A stretch of 64,000 bases of DNA. Source: Eledone cirrhosa. Taxonomy: Eukaryota. The notes under the pieces were generated by a model. That model was not told the DNA's origin. It ran no database searches and was given only the letters and a program-made list of their open reading frames with translations. The stretch spans positions 19,592,001-19,656,000 of the forward strand of contig OZ024761.1 in NCBI GenBank assembly GCA_964016885.1, read 5' to 3'. Made by a program: the position numbers and the translations under genes. Below are positions 12,827-26,283 of this stretch, one piece after another (within the stretch, counting starts at the first letter, position 1; each line of letters opens with the position of its first letter).

Positions 12827-12862
<36 letters not shown>

Positions 12863-12984
12863 CTTTGTATCTCAATCAGAAGCCATTACCGTATGTTTTT
12901 TGTTTTTTCTATCATTTTTAAGTTTATTTTATTTTATTTTATTTTATTTTATTTTATTTTATTTTATTTTATTTTATTTTCCAG

Positions 12985-13123
12985 TGCTTTCCAGAACAAC
13001 GTTGAAATTCACATCAACCATATCCAGAGTGGGCTCAGTCAGATGGGAAACCTTCACGCCTTCTCCACCACTGCTAGCTCCACGACCCCGACCCCTGCTG
13101 ACTATAACCCTTGTAATATTTGA
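12985..13123 (+). CDS. lin9: LIN-9 terminal coding exon
   Basis: ttccag|T GCT..., phase 2 matches the previous exon; AFQNNVEIHINHIQSGLSQMGNLHAFSTTASSTTPTPADYNPCNI-TGA, near-identical to the recalled LIN9 C-terminus FQNNVEIH..HIQSGLSQMGNLHAF. Confidence 0.96.
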
Positions 13124-13493
13124 CTCCTTTCTCTGCCCTTCACCCGCCCTCTCCATGTCAACCCTCTTGCTTACATGTTTCTGTCTGTCTGTGTGCATCG
13201 TACATGCATGTGTGTGTGTGTGTGTGTGTATATGTACATGCATGTGTGTGTCTGTCTGTGAGAATATATACATATATGCAGGAATGTATGTATACATGCA
13301 TGTGTATGTATGTGACTATGTATGTGTACATGCATGTCTGTGTTTGTGTGTGTACGTGCATGTGTGTCTGTGTATGTATGTGTATATGCATGTCTGTCTC
13401 TGTGTGTGTGTGTACATGCATGTGTTTGTATGTATGTGAACACACCTGTGGCTGTATGTGAACACATGTATGTCTGTATGTGTATATAAATAC

Positions 13494-13536
<43 letters not shown>

Positions 13537-14010
13537 CATGTGTGTATTTGTGTGTATACGCATGTGTGTGTGTGTGTACTCGTTTGTGGTCCTATCAGTT
13601 CTAATATGAAACCCCCATCACTCCCTCCCCCCATTCTTACCCTTACCAGTTGCTGTGCTGGTCTGGGCTGGGCTGGGTTAGGGCTAGGATGAGATGAGAT
13701 GGGATGACCTGGCCTATGTTTTGAACTCCCTGTGTACAGTTTCTGTAGATATTTTCATTTGACCTTACAAGTGACCCATCAACCCCAGCACCTCTTCTAT
13801 CCATCCCACCCCTCTATGATTATTATTTATTCAACTTAATGCAAAAAAAAATCTATATTGGTGTGTGAAAACACACACACACACACACACACACCACTTG
13901 TTGGTTACTAACTGTATATATATATATATGTGGGTGTATGTGTAAGGATGTGTGTACTGTGCATGGATGTACATGTACATATGCATCCGCGTGTGTGTGT
14001 GTGTGGATGT

Positions 14011-14134
<124 letters not shown>

Positions 14135-14203
14135 GTTTGTCTGCATGTGTGAGTGTATATGTATCGATGTGAGAATGAGGATATCTACATGTATTTATGT
14201 GTG

Positions 14204-14244
<41 letters not shown>

Positions 14245-14513
14245 ATGTGTATATATGTATGTACACACATTGTTGGTTACTAACTGTATGTGTGTGTGTA
14301 TATATATATATATATTATATATATATATATATTATATATATATATGTGTGTATATATATATATATGTGTGTGTATATATATATATGTATGTGTGTGTATA
14401 TATATATATGTGTGTATATATATATTATATGTGTGTATATATATGTATGTATGTATGTATATATATATATATGTATGTATATATATATGTATGTATATAT
14501 ATATATACATATG

Positions 14514-14548
<35 letters not shown>

Positions 14549-14779
14549 ATATATATATGTATGTATATATATATATGTATGTATATATATATATGTATGT
14601 ATGTATATATATATATGTATGTATGTATATATATATATATGTATGTATGTATATATATATATATGTATGTATGTATATATATATATATGTATGTATGTAT
14701 ATATATATATGTATGTATATATATATATGTATGTATGTATATATATATATATGTATGTATATATATATATCTATGTATG

Positions 14780-14836
<57 letters not shown>

Positions 14837-14839
<3 letters not shown>

Positions 14840-15208
14840 TAATGGTAGCTAAGATGCTTCCATAGGCGGTAAGCTGGTTGAGCAGAGTATTATTGAATGG
14901 AAAACGAAAAATCAGTGATGCATCGGAATTCAATTTATTGTGTGTTACAATTGTTTCCCCGGTGGACAGCTCGAGGTGCGATCTCTGTGTGGATCGACCT
15001 GACTCTAGACTCACAGGTTCCTCGGACACAACTATTGATTTCGGAGCACATCCATCCTCCGAAATCAATAGATGTGTCTGAGGAACCTGTGAGTCTAGAG
15101 TCAGGTCGATCCACACAGAGATCGCACCTCGAGCTGTTGGCTGGGGAAACAATTGTAACACACAATAAATTGAATTCCTATGCATCACTGATTTTTTGTT
15201 TTCCATTC
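14837..15208. mobile_element. Foldback hammerhead element
   Basis: Arms 14895-15046 / 15057-15208, 10-nt loop, tail 14837-14894, inside (TA)n. Confidence 0.72.
15073..15162 (+). ncRNA. Type I hammerhead ribozyme motif
   Basis: TGTGT-CTGAGGA-[61 nt]-GAAA-CAATTG-TA-ACACA, then AATAAA; the mirror copy in the left arm has CCGA instead of CTGA. Confidence 0.72.
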
Positions 15209-15222
15209 TATATGTATATATG

Positions 15223-15253
<31 letters not shown>

Positions 15254-15321
15254 TTGTCTATAACGCACAGGGTAAACCCAAAAGCAACAGGCCACTGCAT
15301 CGACTTTAATAAACTCTGTGC

Positions 15322-15363
<42 letters not shown>

Positions 15364-15634
15364 ATATATGTGTTTGTGTTTATATATGTGATATGCGTGT
15401 GAGTGCACAAACGAGCCTGTGTGTTCAGACCCTAAACATATTTGAGTCTATGTACTATGTATTTGTGTGTGTGTGTGTAATTATGAAGGTATGTATATAC
15501 ATGTATATATATATATTATGTATATATAAATATATATGATACAATACAGACGTTTTTATTTTTCATTTATTTTTATATTTGAGCACTTTTAATCATGTAT
15601 TTAAACACACGCATACATCCATATATATATATAT

Positions 15635-15825
15635 ATAGGGAAAGGTATGACCCCGACGACAGAGCTCAAGCCGTTTCGACGGCTATTTCTGGACTGAAAT
15701 AGCTGTTGAAATGGCTTGAGCTCTGCCGTCGGGGTCATACCTTTTCCTATTACCCACTCTACTACCCTAAGTATTGAGTACTGGTCCATTATGGTCCATC
15801 TGGTTCCTTACCACAATTCTTTCGT

Positions 15826-15826
<1 letters not shown>
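15635..15826. mobile_element. Short foldback element retaining only the 3' half of a hammerhead; related copies at 29105-29290 (inverted), 31454-31516 and 27184-27285
   Basis: ~50-bp inverted arms containing GAAACGGCTTGAG, one-sided tail, TA flanks; dispersed homologous copies. Confidence 0.62.
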
Positions 15827-15858
<32 letters not shown>

Positions 15859-17367
15859 TTGTGTATGTGTATATATATATATATATCATCATCATCATCG
15901 TTTTTATGTATGCCTTTCTAAGCTTCTTGTTTCTATGCAACATTCTGTCTATAACAGTTAATAAAGGTATTATATGAATGTTGATTGTTGGGTGAAGAAG
16001 TATGAAAAGTTCCAAGAGGAAGGAAGTCACTGAAGAGGAAGACCAAGAAAGAAATTGGGCAGAGGTGGTGAAAACACATCTGAAGATACTGAACGTCACA
16101 ATGGTGACAAACGGAAGAGGTGGAGAGATGCTGTAAGGGAAAGAACTGTCACTTAGAAACTATATTTGCCATAGCTTAGAGGTACAACGATACAAGGGCC
16201 GGCTGAAACGCTTATAGGCTGACCAAGATACTCTCATGGAATGACCAAATGAGGTTTATTTTTCAACAAAGATAATGAGTAAAAGAGAGAGAGAGAGGGA
16301 CTGTGTTTGTTTGCATGTTTTAATCTAGTTCATGCAATTGGTGCAGCTTGTCAGGTGTATTGCTGGGTGTGCACGTTGATGCAGCTGCACCCTTCTACTT
16401 ATTCCTGCAAGGGTTGTGGCGGCTGAGTCCTCAAACACTCCTTCTCGCGGGGCCCTGTCAGAGCAACCATCAACCAATTGATCTGGCTGGATCCCCAAGC
16501 GTGACAAGTCAAACTGCTGGATATTATCCAACCATCTTGCTCTGGGTGTAACCTTGGGTCTCCTGCCAGAGAATCTGTCCACTGATTCTTTCCTGAGACA
16601 TTCTAACCACATGTCCATAGTATCGGAGCTGTGATCTCTCAATTCGGAGAAGTAGCAGCTCTACCTGAAGTCACTCTCTGACCTCGGCGGGATTTGAACT
16701 CAGAGAGAGCCAGAACGAATACTGCAAATCTATCCAATGTTGTAGCGAATAGCCATGTTGGAAAAAAAAAGAGAGAGGGAGAGTGATCTCCCTTGGCTAA
16801 TTGTAAGCGTCTATATAAAAGTATATAATTGAAAAGTGTTAAAGCTTTAGACAAAATATTCTCTACGGTGTTTCTTCCGGCATTTTTACGTTCTGAATTC
16901 AAATCCCAGATCGCGATACGATCAATTTTTTCTTTTCATCTTTCCAGATGTGGGTTTAGGAAAATACCAGTGACATACTTGTTTCTACTTTAGGCACAAG
17001 GCCAGCAATCACCCAGTGCATTACTGGTACTTTATTTTATCGACCCCGTAAGGATGAAAGGCAAAGTCAACCTCGGCGGGATTTGAACTCAGATCGTAAA
17101 GGGACGTAACTATGCTTGAAAGCATGGCGTCCGACCCTCTACCGATACTGCCAATCCTGAAATACTGAGGTTGATATATAGCAACTGTTGATCACATAAA
17201 AACCATTAATACTATTTTAGTAGGTGGCCTCTCATGACAAATGTAAAATATAAGGGTATCCCCCAAAAATGTATATATACTTAAACAGTATTCTAATAAA
17301 TATTGCCTGCACAAGAAATCAAAGTGTGTACATTTTGGGGGGATCTCTGTGTGTGTATATACATATA

Positions 17368-17786
17368 CTTCGTTTTTGGTTTTGTTTTGCAAGATTTCTT
17401 ATCTGAAAATGTGTGTTAAAACATTAAAACAGATATTGTTATACTTTGGTAGGGCCATGGTGCCAATAAAACACACGCACTTGTTAGTTTTCACTTCAAT
17501 TTATTACAAATTTCCGGTTGGTTGGTTGGTTCAATAACCGGATGGTTATTTATATCTTGTCAAAACTCTTTCGTCACCCTTTCTTTGACCTCCTCAATGA
17601 CTAATTTCCTATTTTGTGTCTCTCCTTTGTCCTACACCATCTTGATGTGACGAATGAGCTCTGATAATATATACACAACCATCCGATTATTGAACCAACC
17701 AACCGGAAATTTATGATAAATTGAATTGAAAACCAACAGGGGCGTGATTTTGTCTTGGCTGCATGACTCTCCCAAAGTATAACAAT
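17368..17786. mobile_element. Older foldback hammerhead element of the same family as 51069-51577; partial copy at 30139-30345
   Basis: Shared tail CTTCGTTT...GCAAGATT..TATCTGAAAA and arm ATACTTTGG.AGGG.CATG...; diverged arms; mutated core. Confidence 0.7.
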
Positions 17787-17795
17787 ATATATATA

Positions 17796-18226
17796 TATAC
17801 GATATTAAACAAATGGAAACTATATTTATAAAACGATATTTATTTCATTATACATATTAAAAATATGGCATGCCTTCTTCAGATAAAATACAATATATAA
17901 ACAGTTTTATAAATAATTTTGACGTACCATAAATATTGACCAACTGTTATGTAAGAAGCTGGTTCTTACATAACAGTTGGTCAATATTTATGGTACGTCA
18001 AAATTATTTATAAAACTGTTTATATATTGTATTTTATCTGAAGAAGGCATGCCATATTTTTAATATGGTATCCCCGAAATATGTATAATGAAATAAATAT
18101 GGTTTTATAAATATAGTTTCCATTTGTTTAATATCGTATATCTACTCCAAAACTTGTCGAGTGCTTTATATCAGTTATAAAATATTTACTTGTTGTATCC
18201 CAACAATTTTATATAAAACTTTTGCA
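17796..18226. mobile_element. Foldback hammerhead element
   Basis: Near-perfect arms centred at ~17960, right arm ends 18140, tail 18141-18226; family remnant also at 10306-10352. Confidence 0.72.
18032..18093 (+). ncRNA. Type I hammerhead ribozyme motif
   Basis: TTTTAT-CTGAAGA-AGGCATGCCATATT TTT AATATGGTATCCCC-GAAA-TATGTA-TA-ATGAAA. Confidence 0.72.
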
Positions 18227-18258
<32 letters not shown>

Positions 18259-18399
18259 TCCTACACCCTCGCAAGACTTGCTGAACACACAAATCGAAAC
18301 CGCTTGGTGATGCAGTCGGGATTATACATTTCTCTCTCAACCCACACACTCCCTATCTCTCTCTCTCAACCCATATACTCTCTCTCTGTCTCTATCTAG

Positions 18400-21300
18400 C
18401 CCCTCCTCTATCTATCTATCAACCCCTTCCTCTCTCTCTCACTCCCACACTATCTGCCTCTATCAACACCCTCCTCTCTCTCTCTCTCTCTCTGTCTCTA
18501 TCCGGCCCCTCTTATCTCTATCTATCTATCTATCTATCTATTTATCTATCTATCTATCAACCCCTTCCTCTCTCTCTCACTCCCACACTATCTGCCTCTA
18601 TCAACACCCTCCTCTTTCTCTCTCTGTCTCTGTCAACGCCTTCCTCTCTCTCTCTCTCTCTCTGCCTCTATCAACCCCTTCCTCTCTCTGCCTCTATCAA
18701 CCCCTTCCTCTCTCTGCCTCTATCAACGCCTTCCTCCCTCTGCTTCTATCAACCCCTTCCTCTCACTGCCTCTATCAACGCCTTCCTCCCTCTGCTTCTA
18801 TCAACCCCTTCCTCTCTCTCTGCCTCTATCAACCCCTTCCTCCCTCTGCTTCTATCAACCCCTTCCTCTCTCTGCCTTTATCGACCCCTTCCTCTCTCTG
18901 CCTCTATCGACCCCTTCCTCTCTCTGCCTCTATCGACCCCTTCCTCTCTCTGCCTCTATCGACCCCTTCCTCTCTCTGCCTCTATCGACCCCTTCCTCTC
19001 TCTGCCTCTATCGACCCCTTCCTCTCTCTCTGCCTCTATCAACGCCTTCCTCCCTCTGCTTCTATCAACCCCTTCCTCTCTCTGCCTCTATCGACGCCTT
19101 CCTCTCTCTGCCTCTATCAACGCCTTCCTCCCTCTGCTTCTATCGACCCCTTCCTCCCTCTGCTTCTATCGACCCCTTCCTCTCTCTGCCTCTATCGACC
19201 CCTTCCTCTCTCTGCCTCTATCGACGCCTTCCTCTCTCTGTCTCTATCAACGCCTTCCTCTCTCTGTCTCTATCAACGCCTTCCTCCCTCTGCCTCTATC
19301 GACCCCTTCCTCTCTCTGCCTCTATCGACCCCTTCCTCTCTCTGTCTCTATCAACCCCTTCCTCTCTCTGCCTCTATCAACGCCTTCCTCCCTCTGCTTC
19401 TATCAACCCCTTCCTCCCTCTGTCTCTATCAACCCCTTCCTCTCTCTGCCTCTATCGACCCCTTCCTCCCTCTGCTTCTATCAACCCCTTCCTCTCTCTG
19501 CCTCTATCGACGCCTTCCTCTCTCTGCCTTTATCGACGCCTTCCTCCCTCTGCCTCTATCGACCCCTTCCTCCCTCTGCTTCTATCAACCCCTTCCTCTC
19601 TCTGCCTCTATCAACGCCTTCCTCTCTCTGTCTCTATCAACGCCTTCCTCCTTCTGCTTCTATCAACCCCTTCCTCTCTCTGCCTCTATCGACCCCTTCC
19701 TCTCTCTGCCTCTATCGACCCCTTCCTCTCTCTGTCTCTATCAACGCCTTCCTCTCTCTGCCTTTATCGACCCCTTCCTCTCTCTGCCTCTATCGACCTC
19801 TTCCTCTCTCTGCCTCTATCGACCCCTTCCTCCCTCTGCTTCTGTCAACCCCTTCCTCTCTCTGCCTCTATCGACCCCTTCCTCTCTCTGCCTCTATCAA
19901 CGCCTTCCTCCCTCTGCTTCTATCAACCCCTTCCTCTCTCTGCCTCTATCAACGCCTTCCTCCCTCTGCTTCTATCAACCCCTTCCTCTCTCTGTCTCTA
20001 TCAACGCCTTCCTCTCTCTGCCTTTATCGACCCCTTCCTCTCTCTGCCTCTATCGACCTCTTCCTCTCTCTGCCTCTATCGACCCCTTCCTCCCTCTGCT
20101 TCTATCAACCCCTTCCTCTCTCTGCCTCTATCGACCCCTTCCTCTCTCTGCCTCTATCAACGCCTTCCTCCCTCTGCTTCTATCAACCCCTTCCTCTCTC
20201 TGCCTCTATCGACCCCTTCCTCTCTCTGCCTCTATTGACCCCTTCCTCCCTCTGCTTCTATCAACCCCTTCCTCTCTCTGCCTCTATCGACCCCTTCCTC
20301 TCACTGCCTCTATCAACGCCTTCCTCCCTCTGCCTCTATCAACCCCTTCCTCTCTCTGCCTCTATTGACCCCTTCCTCTCACTGTCTCTATCAACCCCTT
20401 CCTCTCTCTGCCTCTATCAACCCCTTCCTCTCTCTGCCTCTATTGACCCCTTCCTCTCACTGTCTCTATCAACCCCTTCCTCTCTCTGCCTCTATCGACC
20501 CCTTCCTCCCTCTGCTTCTATAAACCCCTTCCTCTCTCTGTCTCTATCGACCCCTTCCTCTCTCTGCTTCTATCAACGCCTTCCTCCCTCTGCTTCTATC
20601 AACCCCTTCCTCTCACTGCCTCTATCGACCCCTTCCTCTCACTGCCTCTATCAACGCCTTCCTCCCTCTGCCTCTATCAACCCCTTCCTCTCTCTGCCTC
20701 TATCAACCCCTTCCTCTCTCTGCCTCTATCGACCCCTTCCTCCCTCTGCTTCTATCAACCCCTTCCTCTCTCTGTCTCTATCGACCCCTTCCTCTCTCTG
20801 CTTCTATCAACGCCTTCCTCCCTCTGCTTCTATCAACCCCTTCCTCTCTCTGCCTCTATCGACCCCTTCCTCTCACTGCCTCTATCAACGCCTTCCTCCC
20901 TCTGCCTCTATCAACCCCTTCCTCTCTCTGCCTCTATTGACCCCTCCCTCTCACTGTCTCTATCAACCCCTTCCTCTCACTGCCTCTATCAACGCCTTCC
21001 TCCCTCTGCCTCTATCAACCCCTTCCTCTCTCTGCCTCTATTGACCCCTTCCTCTCACTGTCTCTATCAACCCCTTCCTCTCTCTGCCTCTATCGACCCC
21101 TTCCTCTCTCTGCTTCTATCAACCCCTTCCTCTCTCTGTCTCTATCGACCCCTTCCTCTCTCTGCTTCTATCAACGCCTTCCTCCCTCTGCTTCTATCAA
21201 CCCCTTCCTCTCTCTGCCTCTATCGACCCCTTCCTCTCACTGCCTCTATCAACGCCTTCCTCCCTCTGCCTCTATCAACCCCTTCCTCTCTCTGCCTCTA

Positions 21301-21570
21301 TTGACCCCTTCCTCTCACTGCCTCTATCAACCCCTTCCTCTCTCTGCCTCTATCGACCCCTTCCTCTCTCTGCCTCTATCGACCCCCTTCCTCCCTCTGC
21401 TTCTATCAACCCCATCCTCTCTCTGTCTCTATCAACGCCTTCCTCTCTGCTTCTATCAACGCCTTCCTCCCTCTGCTTCTATCAACCCCTTCCTCTCTGC
21501 TTCTATCAACCCCTTCCTCTCTCTGCCTCTATCAACGCCTTCCTCTCTCTACTTCTATCGACCCCTTCCT
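18400..21570. repeat. 26-bp polypyrimidine satellite (~3.1 kb)
   Basis: Unit CCTCTATCRACCCCTTCCTCTCTCTG. Confidence 0.95.
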
Positions 21571-21642
21571 CTCTCTGTCTCTCTGTCTTTCTCAATCCCC
21601 TCCTCTTTCTCTCTCTCCAAGTGTCCCAACCATGGTTTAGAG

Positions 21643-21935
21643 CAGGGGTGTGCAACATATTCCATTGGCGGGCCACTTTTGAACATCAGAACAACTATTA
21701 GGGCCATTAATATTTATTAAGGACTATTCCAAAGATTCACAACTTGTTTCCGTAACATGGAACTGGGAAATTATAACACACATAACCCTATCAGTGAAGC
21801 CCTTTAGTATAGGTCAACTAACAGAAAATTATATTACGGTGACGAAAAAATTCTAAATAAGCCTACAAGGTAAAAATTGAAAACGGTCATCGTGGGCCGG
21901 ATTGTGGTCCGCGGGCCGCCTGTTGCACGCCCCTG
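21643..21935. mobile_element. hAT-like MITE
   Basis: TIR CAGGGGTGTGCAAC / GTTGCACGCCCCTG; 8-bp TSD gtttagag / gtttagaa. Confidence 0.8.
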
Positions 21936-22070
21936 GTTTAGAAGGTGCCGTGTGTTTGCTCACGACTACACAGACATGTAAATCCCTTTACGAAAGCATG
22001 GTAAATAGTAACCAAGTCATACTTTATTGCTAGTGACGGCTCTGTCTCTTTCTCTAATGTTTTAAGTTAT

Positions 22071-22221
22071 GCGCGAACATTTGAATTTCGCGCCATTCGG
22101 CAATTGGCGTCAAATTTAATTTTAAACTTGATTTTGCAAAGCTGTTTATACAAAACCAAAACACACTTTTAAAGTGAACTTGTGTGAGAAAGCTTTTACA
22201 TGATTGCAGGCAAATGATAAG
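22071..22221 (+). promoter_or_regulatory. CpG-rich promoter-like island with E2F/CDE-CHR/CCAAT motifs and a downstream splice donor
   Basis: GCGCG(22071-75)-4 nt-TTTGAA(22080-85); TTTCGCGCC (22086-94); ATTGG (22103-07); TTTAAA (22121-26); AAG|GTAAGA donor after 22221. Confidence 0.5.
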
Positions 22222-22389
22222 GTAAGACTTTCCAACTTGGTAATATCTCTACTGAATTAATTATATAATCCGGTGCGGCTATTGAACTAAGGTTGTCGGA
22301 ATATCGATCTTGTTCATGTATGTATGCACACACGCAATCATCAAGGAGAACATGCATTTATTCCCAAGATTCCTCTTATCCCTTCAGCT

Positions 22390-23420
22390 ATTATATAGAC
22401 TGTCTACCAGATATTATATACACTCAGTAGAATGTCTGACAATTCAGTGATTATATAGACGAGTTATCAGATATTATATACACTCAGTAGAATGTTTGAC
22501 ATTTCAGTGATTATATAGACGAGTTATCAGATATTATATACACCCAGTAGAATGTTTGACATTTCAGTGATTATATAGACGAGTTATCAGATATTATATA
22601 CACTCAGTAGAATGTTTGACATTTCAGTGATTATATAGAGTCTATATTATAGACTGTCTACCAGGCTCAAGGCCAGCAATTACCCAGTGCATTACTGGTA
22701 CTTTATTTTATTCATCCTTACGGGGTCAATGAAATAAAGTACCAGTAATACACTGGGTAAATATTGGCCTTGTGCCAAAAGTAGAAACAATTATATACAC
22801 CCAGTAGAATGTCTGACAGTTCAGTGATTATATAGACTAGAAACCAGATATTATATACACCCATTAGAGTGTCTGACAGTTCAGTGATTATATAGACTAG
22901 ATACCAGATATTATATACACCCAGTAGAGTGTCTGACAGTTCAGTGATTATATAGACTAGATACCAGATATTATATACACCCAGTAGAGTGTCTGACAGT
23001 TCAGTGATTATATAGACTAGAAACCAGATATTATATACACCCAGTAGAGTGTCTGACAGTTCAGTGATTATATAGACTAGATACCAGATATTATATACAC
23101 CCAGTAGAGTGTCTGACAGTTCAGTGATTATATAGACTAGATACCAGATATTATATACACCCAGTAGAGTGTCTGACAGGTCAGTGATTATATAGACTAG
23201 ATACCAGATATTATATACACCCAGTAGAGTGTCTGACAGGTCAGTGATTATATAGACTAGATACCAGATATTATATACACCCAGTAGAGTGTCTGACAGT
23301 TCAGTGATTATATAGACTAGATACCAGATATTATATACACCTAGTAGAATGTCTGACAGGTCGGTGATTATATAGACTAGGTACCAGATATATACACCCA
23401 GTAGAATGTCTGACAGTTCA
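22390..23420. repeat. 60-bp tandem array interrupted by SINE A fragments (22665-22792)
   Basis: Unit CCAGTAGAGTGTCTGACAGTTCAGTGATTATATAGACTAGATACCAGATATTATATACAC. Confidence 0.93.
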
Positions 23421-25071
23421 GTGATTATATAGACTAGATGCCAGGGATTGGCAGTATCGGTAGAGGGTCGGACGCCATGCTTTCTAGCATAGAGTTACGG
23501 CCCTTGCCATTCTGAGTTCAAATCCCGCCGAGGTTAACTTTGCCTTTCATCCTTACGGGGTCGATAAAATAAAGTACCAGTAATGTACTTGGGTCGATTT
23601 AATCGACTTTCCTTTCCCCCCAAATTACTGACCTTGTGCCTATAGTAGAAATAATTATATACACCCAGTAGAATGCTAAGAATGAAAATTCTTCAATGGA
23701 TTTTTTTTTTCTCGATTCGATATGGAAATTAGAATGTGCGAATTTGGACGCCTTTCTTGAAGAAGAATTTATAGAAATGACTTTTGTTGTGTCTAAGCCA
23801 TATTGGTGTAAAAGAATCGCTGGACAGATTTTACAGGCAAAAACCAGTCGACAGGAGACTCAGGAATAAACTCTGAGTAAAGATGGTTGGATAATATCCA
23901 TGAGCTTCGAATCTGGAGATACAATGATGTTGAATTTTTTTTTTTAAGGAAAAAATTTATTTATAAATAAATAAACTTACTCCGTTAAAGAAAAAAAAAA
24001 ATAAAAAACAACATTCTACGGACAAAACCATCCGACAGGAGACCCAGGAATGAGCTTTGCAGGGGTACATTTTTGAATATGTAGATACGATGTTGATGAA
24101 TTTTTTTTTTTTAAGAAGAAAGTTTATTTATAAATAAATAAACTTATATTTATTCATAAATAAATAAACCTTCTCCATTAAATTAAAAAAAAATAAAAAT
24201 AACAACGTTCTACGGGCAAAACCAGCCAGCTGGAGACCCAGCGGTAGACTCCGAGTAAAGATGGTTGGATAACATGAGCTTGGCGAGATACACCGAGATC
24301 AGTTGGAGAAGGTTGCTTCTGATAGGATCCACTGGAAGAAGTGTTTGATGACTCTACCCCCTCAAGATCCTCGCAGAAATAAGTGGGCCAAGAAGACGAC
24401 GACTTTCCATCTTAAAGCGCCAATTGTATTTATATTCACAGGAAATGTAGTTAATTGGATGAACGTAAAAAAAATATTTTTCTTAAACCCCTAAAACTAT
24501 ACCAAAATATCATCCCAAGGTTTTGTACAACTGTTGAACCAGCTTACTAGCTTTTTCAAGTTGGTATATGTTGGAATTTGGATTTAGCTGTGTGTTTTAT
24601 TTAATATAAACAAAAACAGAAGCAGCAATTTGAAGAACCTCTTGAAACGTGGTAATTCTTAGCTGAACATTAATCTACAGCCTTAATATATAATACACTT
24701 TGTCTTACCAAACACAGAAGAAGCCCTTTGAATTTAGTGGTAATTCTTAGCTCAAACTGACCAACCTGTTGACTTAATATATAGTTATCGTCTTACAAAA
24801 CACAGAAGAAGCCCTTTGAATATATAATATAAACATGGTGGTTCTTAGCTCAAACTACGGACTTAATATATAATCGTTATCTTATCAAACACAGAAGAAG
24901 CCCTTTGAATATATAATAGAAACATGGTGGTTCTTAGCTCAAACTCACAGACCTGCCGACTTAATATATAATCGTTTTACTAAACATAGAAGAACCATAT
25001 GAAACATGGTAATTCTTAGCTCAAACTCATCAACTCACAGACATAATATATAATCTTCGTCTTACCAAATA

Positions 25072-25428
25072 CAGTGTACCCCTGGCATTTGCGGTTCCGG
25101 TTATTCGCGAACATTTCCTGAGAACCCAACTAATAATTGTTGTGGAAAGCCCCGCATATTCGCGGAATCGTAAATATCTTCCGCGATTTTTTAATGTTTT
25201 TTTTTGTTCGTGGCAATATATATTGTTTTAACATTAAATTGTTAATAACAATATACCGTATTTGCCTACCTATTGGACACCCCTTCGCATAAGACTTTTT
25301 AAATTATATTTTACATTATATTCTGACGTTTATAGGTATTTTTATGGACCATGTCCAATATTCGTGGTTTTTCACTCTTCGCGGGTACTCTAGGAACGTA
25401 ACCCCCCGCGAATACCGGGGGACAACTG
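25072..25428. mobile_element. Tc1/mariner (Tigger-like) MITE; second copy ~49900-50200
   Basis: TA|CAGTGTACCCCTGGCATTTGCGG ... CCGCGAATACCGGGGGACAACTG|TA. Confidence 0.75.
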
Positions 25429-25607
25429 TATACGATCTCCTACCCCAATAAGAAAACGATCGTTATCATCATAAAAGAAACCCAAGCATTAAAGGTAGGT
25501 TTACATTTATAATTTATTGATATTTTTACTCAAATATTAAACATTTGTAAATCAGAATTTTTTTTTTTTTTTCTCTATTCCATTTAATTATGTTTTGTAA
25601 ATTTATA

Positions 25608-25673
<66 letters not shown>

Positions 25674-25879
25674 TGCGTCTCCAACAGACCAGTGTCTGTC
25701 CTTAGGGCATCAACATACGTTAACCTTGGTCTTCCTCTTCTAGTGTGTCGATGTAGGGGCTCACAAAGGACATGGCAGCGATAATGAGGGACAGAGACCG
25801 CTGGAGAGAACTCGTCCATGGATCTCGGGAATTTTACCCGCCTTAGAATAGAATAGAATATATATATATATATATATAT

Positions 25880-26283
25880 ACAGGGTGTCTTCCCCCTCTC
25901 CCCAAATATATACACACTTTGATTACCAATACAGGCTATATTTATTAGAATGCACAGCCTTTCTCCCAAAACGAAATGATCTACAGACATAATTCAATTG
26001 TATGTAAACACCCCAAAATGTTTACTTAATTTAAATAATTTTCTACTTTTGGCACAAGGCCAGAAATTACTCCAGTGTATTACTGGTACTTTATTTTATC
26101 GAACCCGTAAGGATGAAAGGCAAAGTTAACCTCGGCGGGATTTGAACTCACAACGTAAAGTACCATAACTCTATGCTGCAAAACATGGTGTCTGACGCTC
26201 TACCGATAATGCATATAAAACAATTTATTTTAATGCATTTTTTAAAAGATTTTTGTGTAAACATTTTTTGGGGACACCCTGTA
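25880..26283. mobile_element. Tc1-like MITE with nested SINE; related ends at 33307-33381, 17255-17350 and 36996-37060
   Basis: TACAGGGTGTC ... GACACCCTGTA inside TA tracts. Confidence 0.65.

Noticed and set aside
20235-21720. Pro/Ser/Leu-rich ORFs
   Set aside because: Translation of the 26-bp satellite.
22390-23420. Regular repeat arrays as possible CRISPR (also 44145-44940 and 52375-53060)
   Set aside because: Head-to-tail units without unique spacers, no cas genes, and a eukaryotic intron-rich context.
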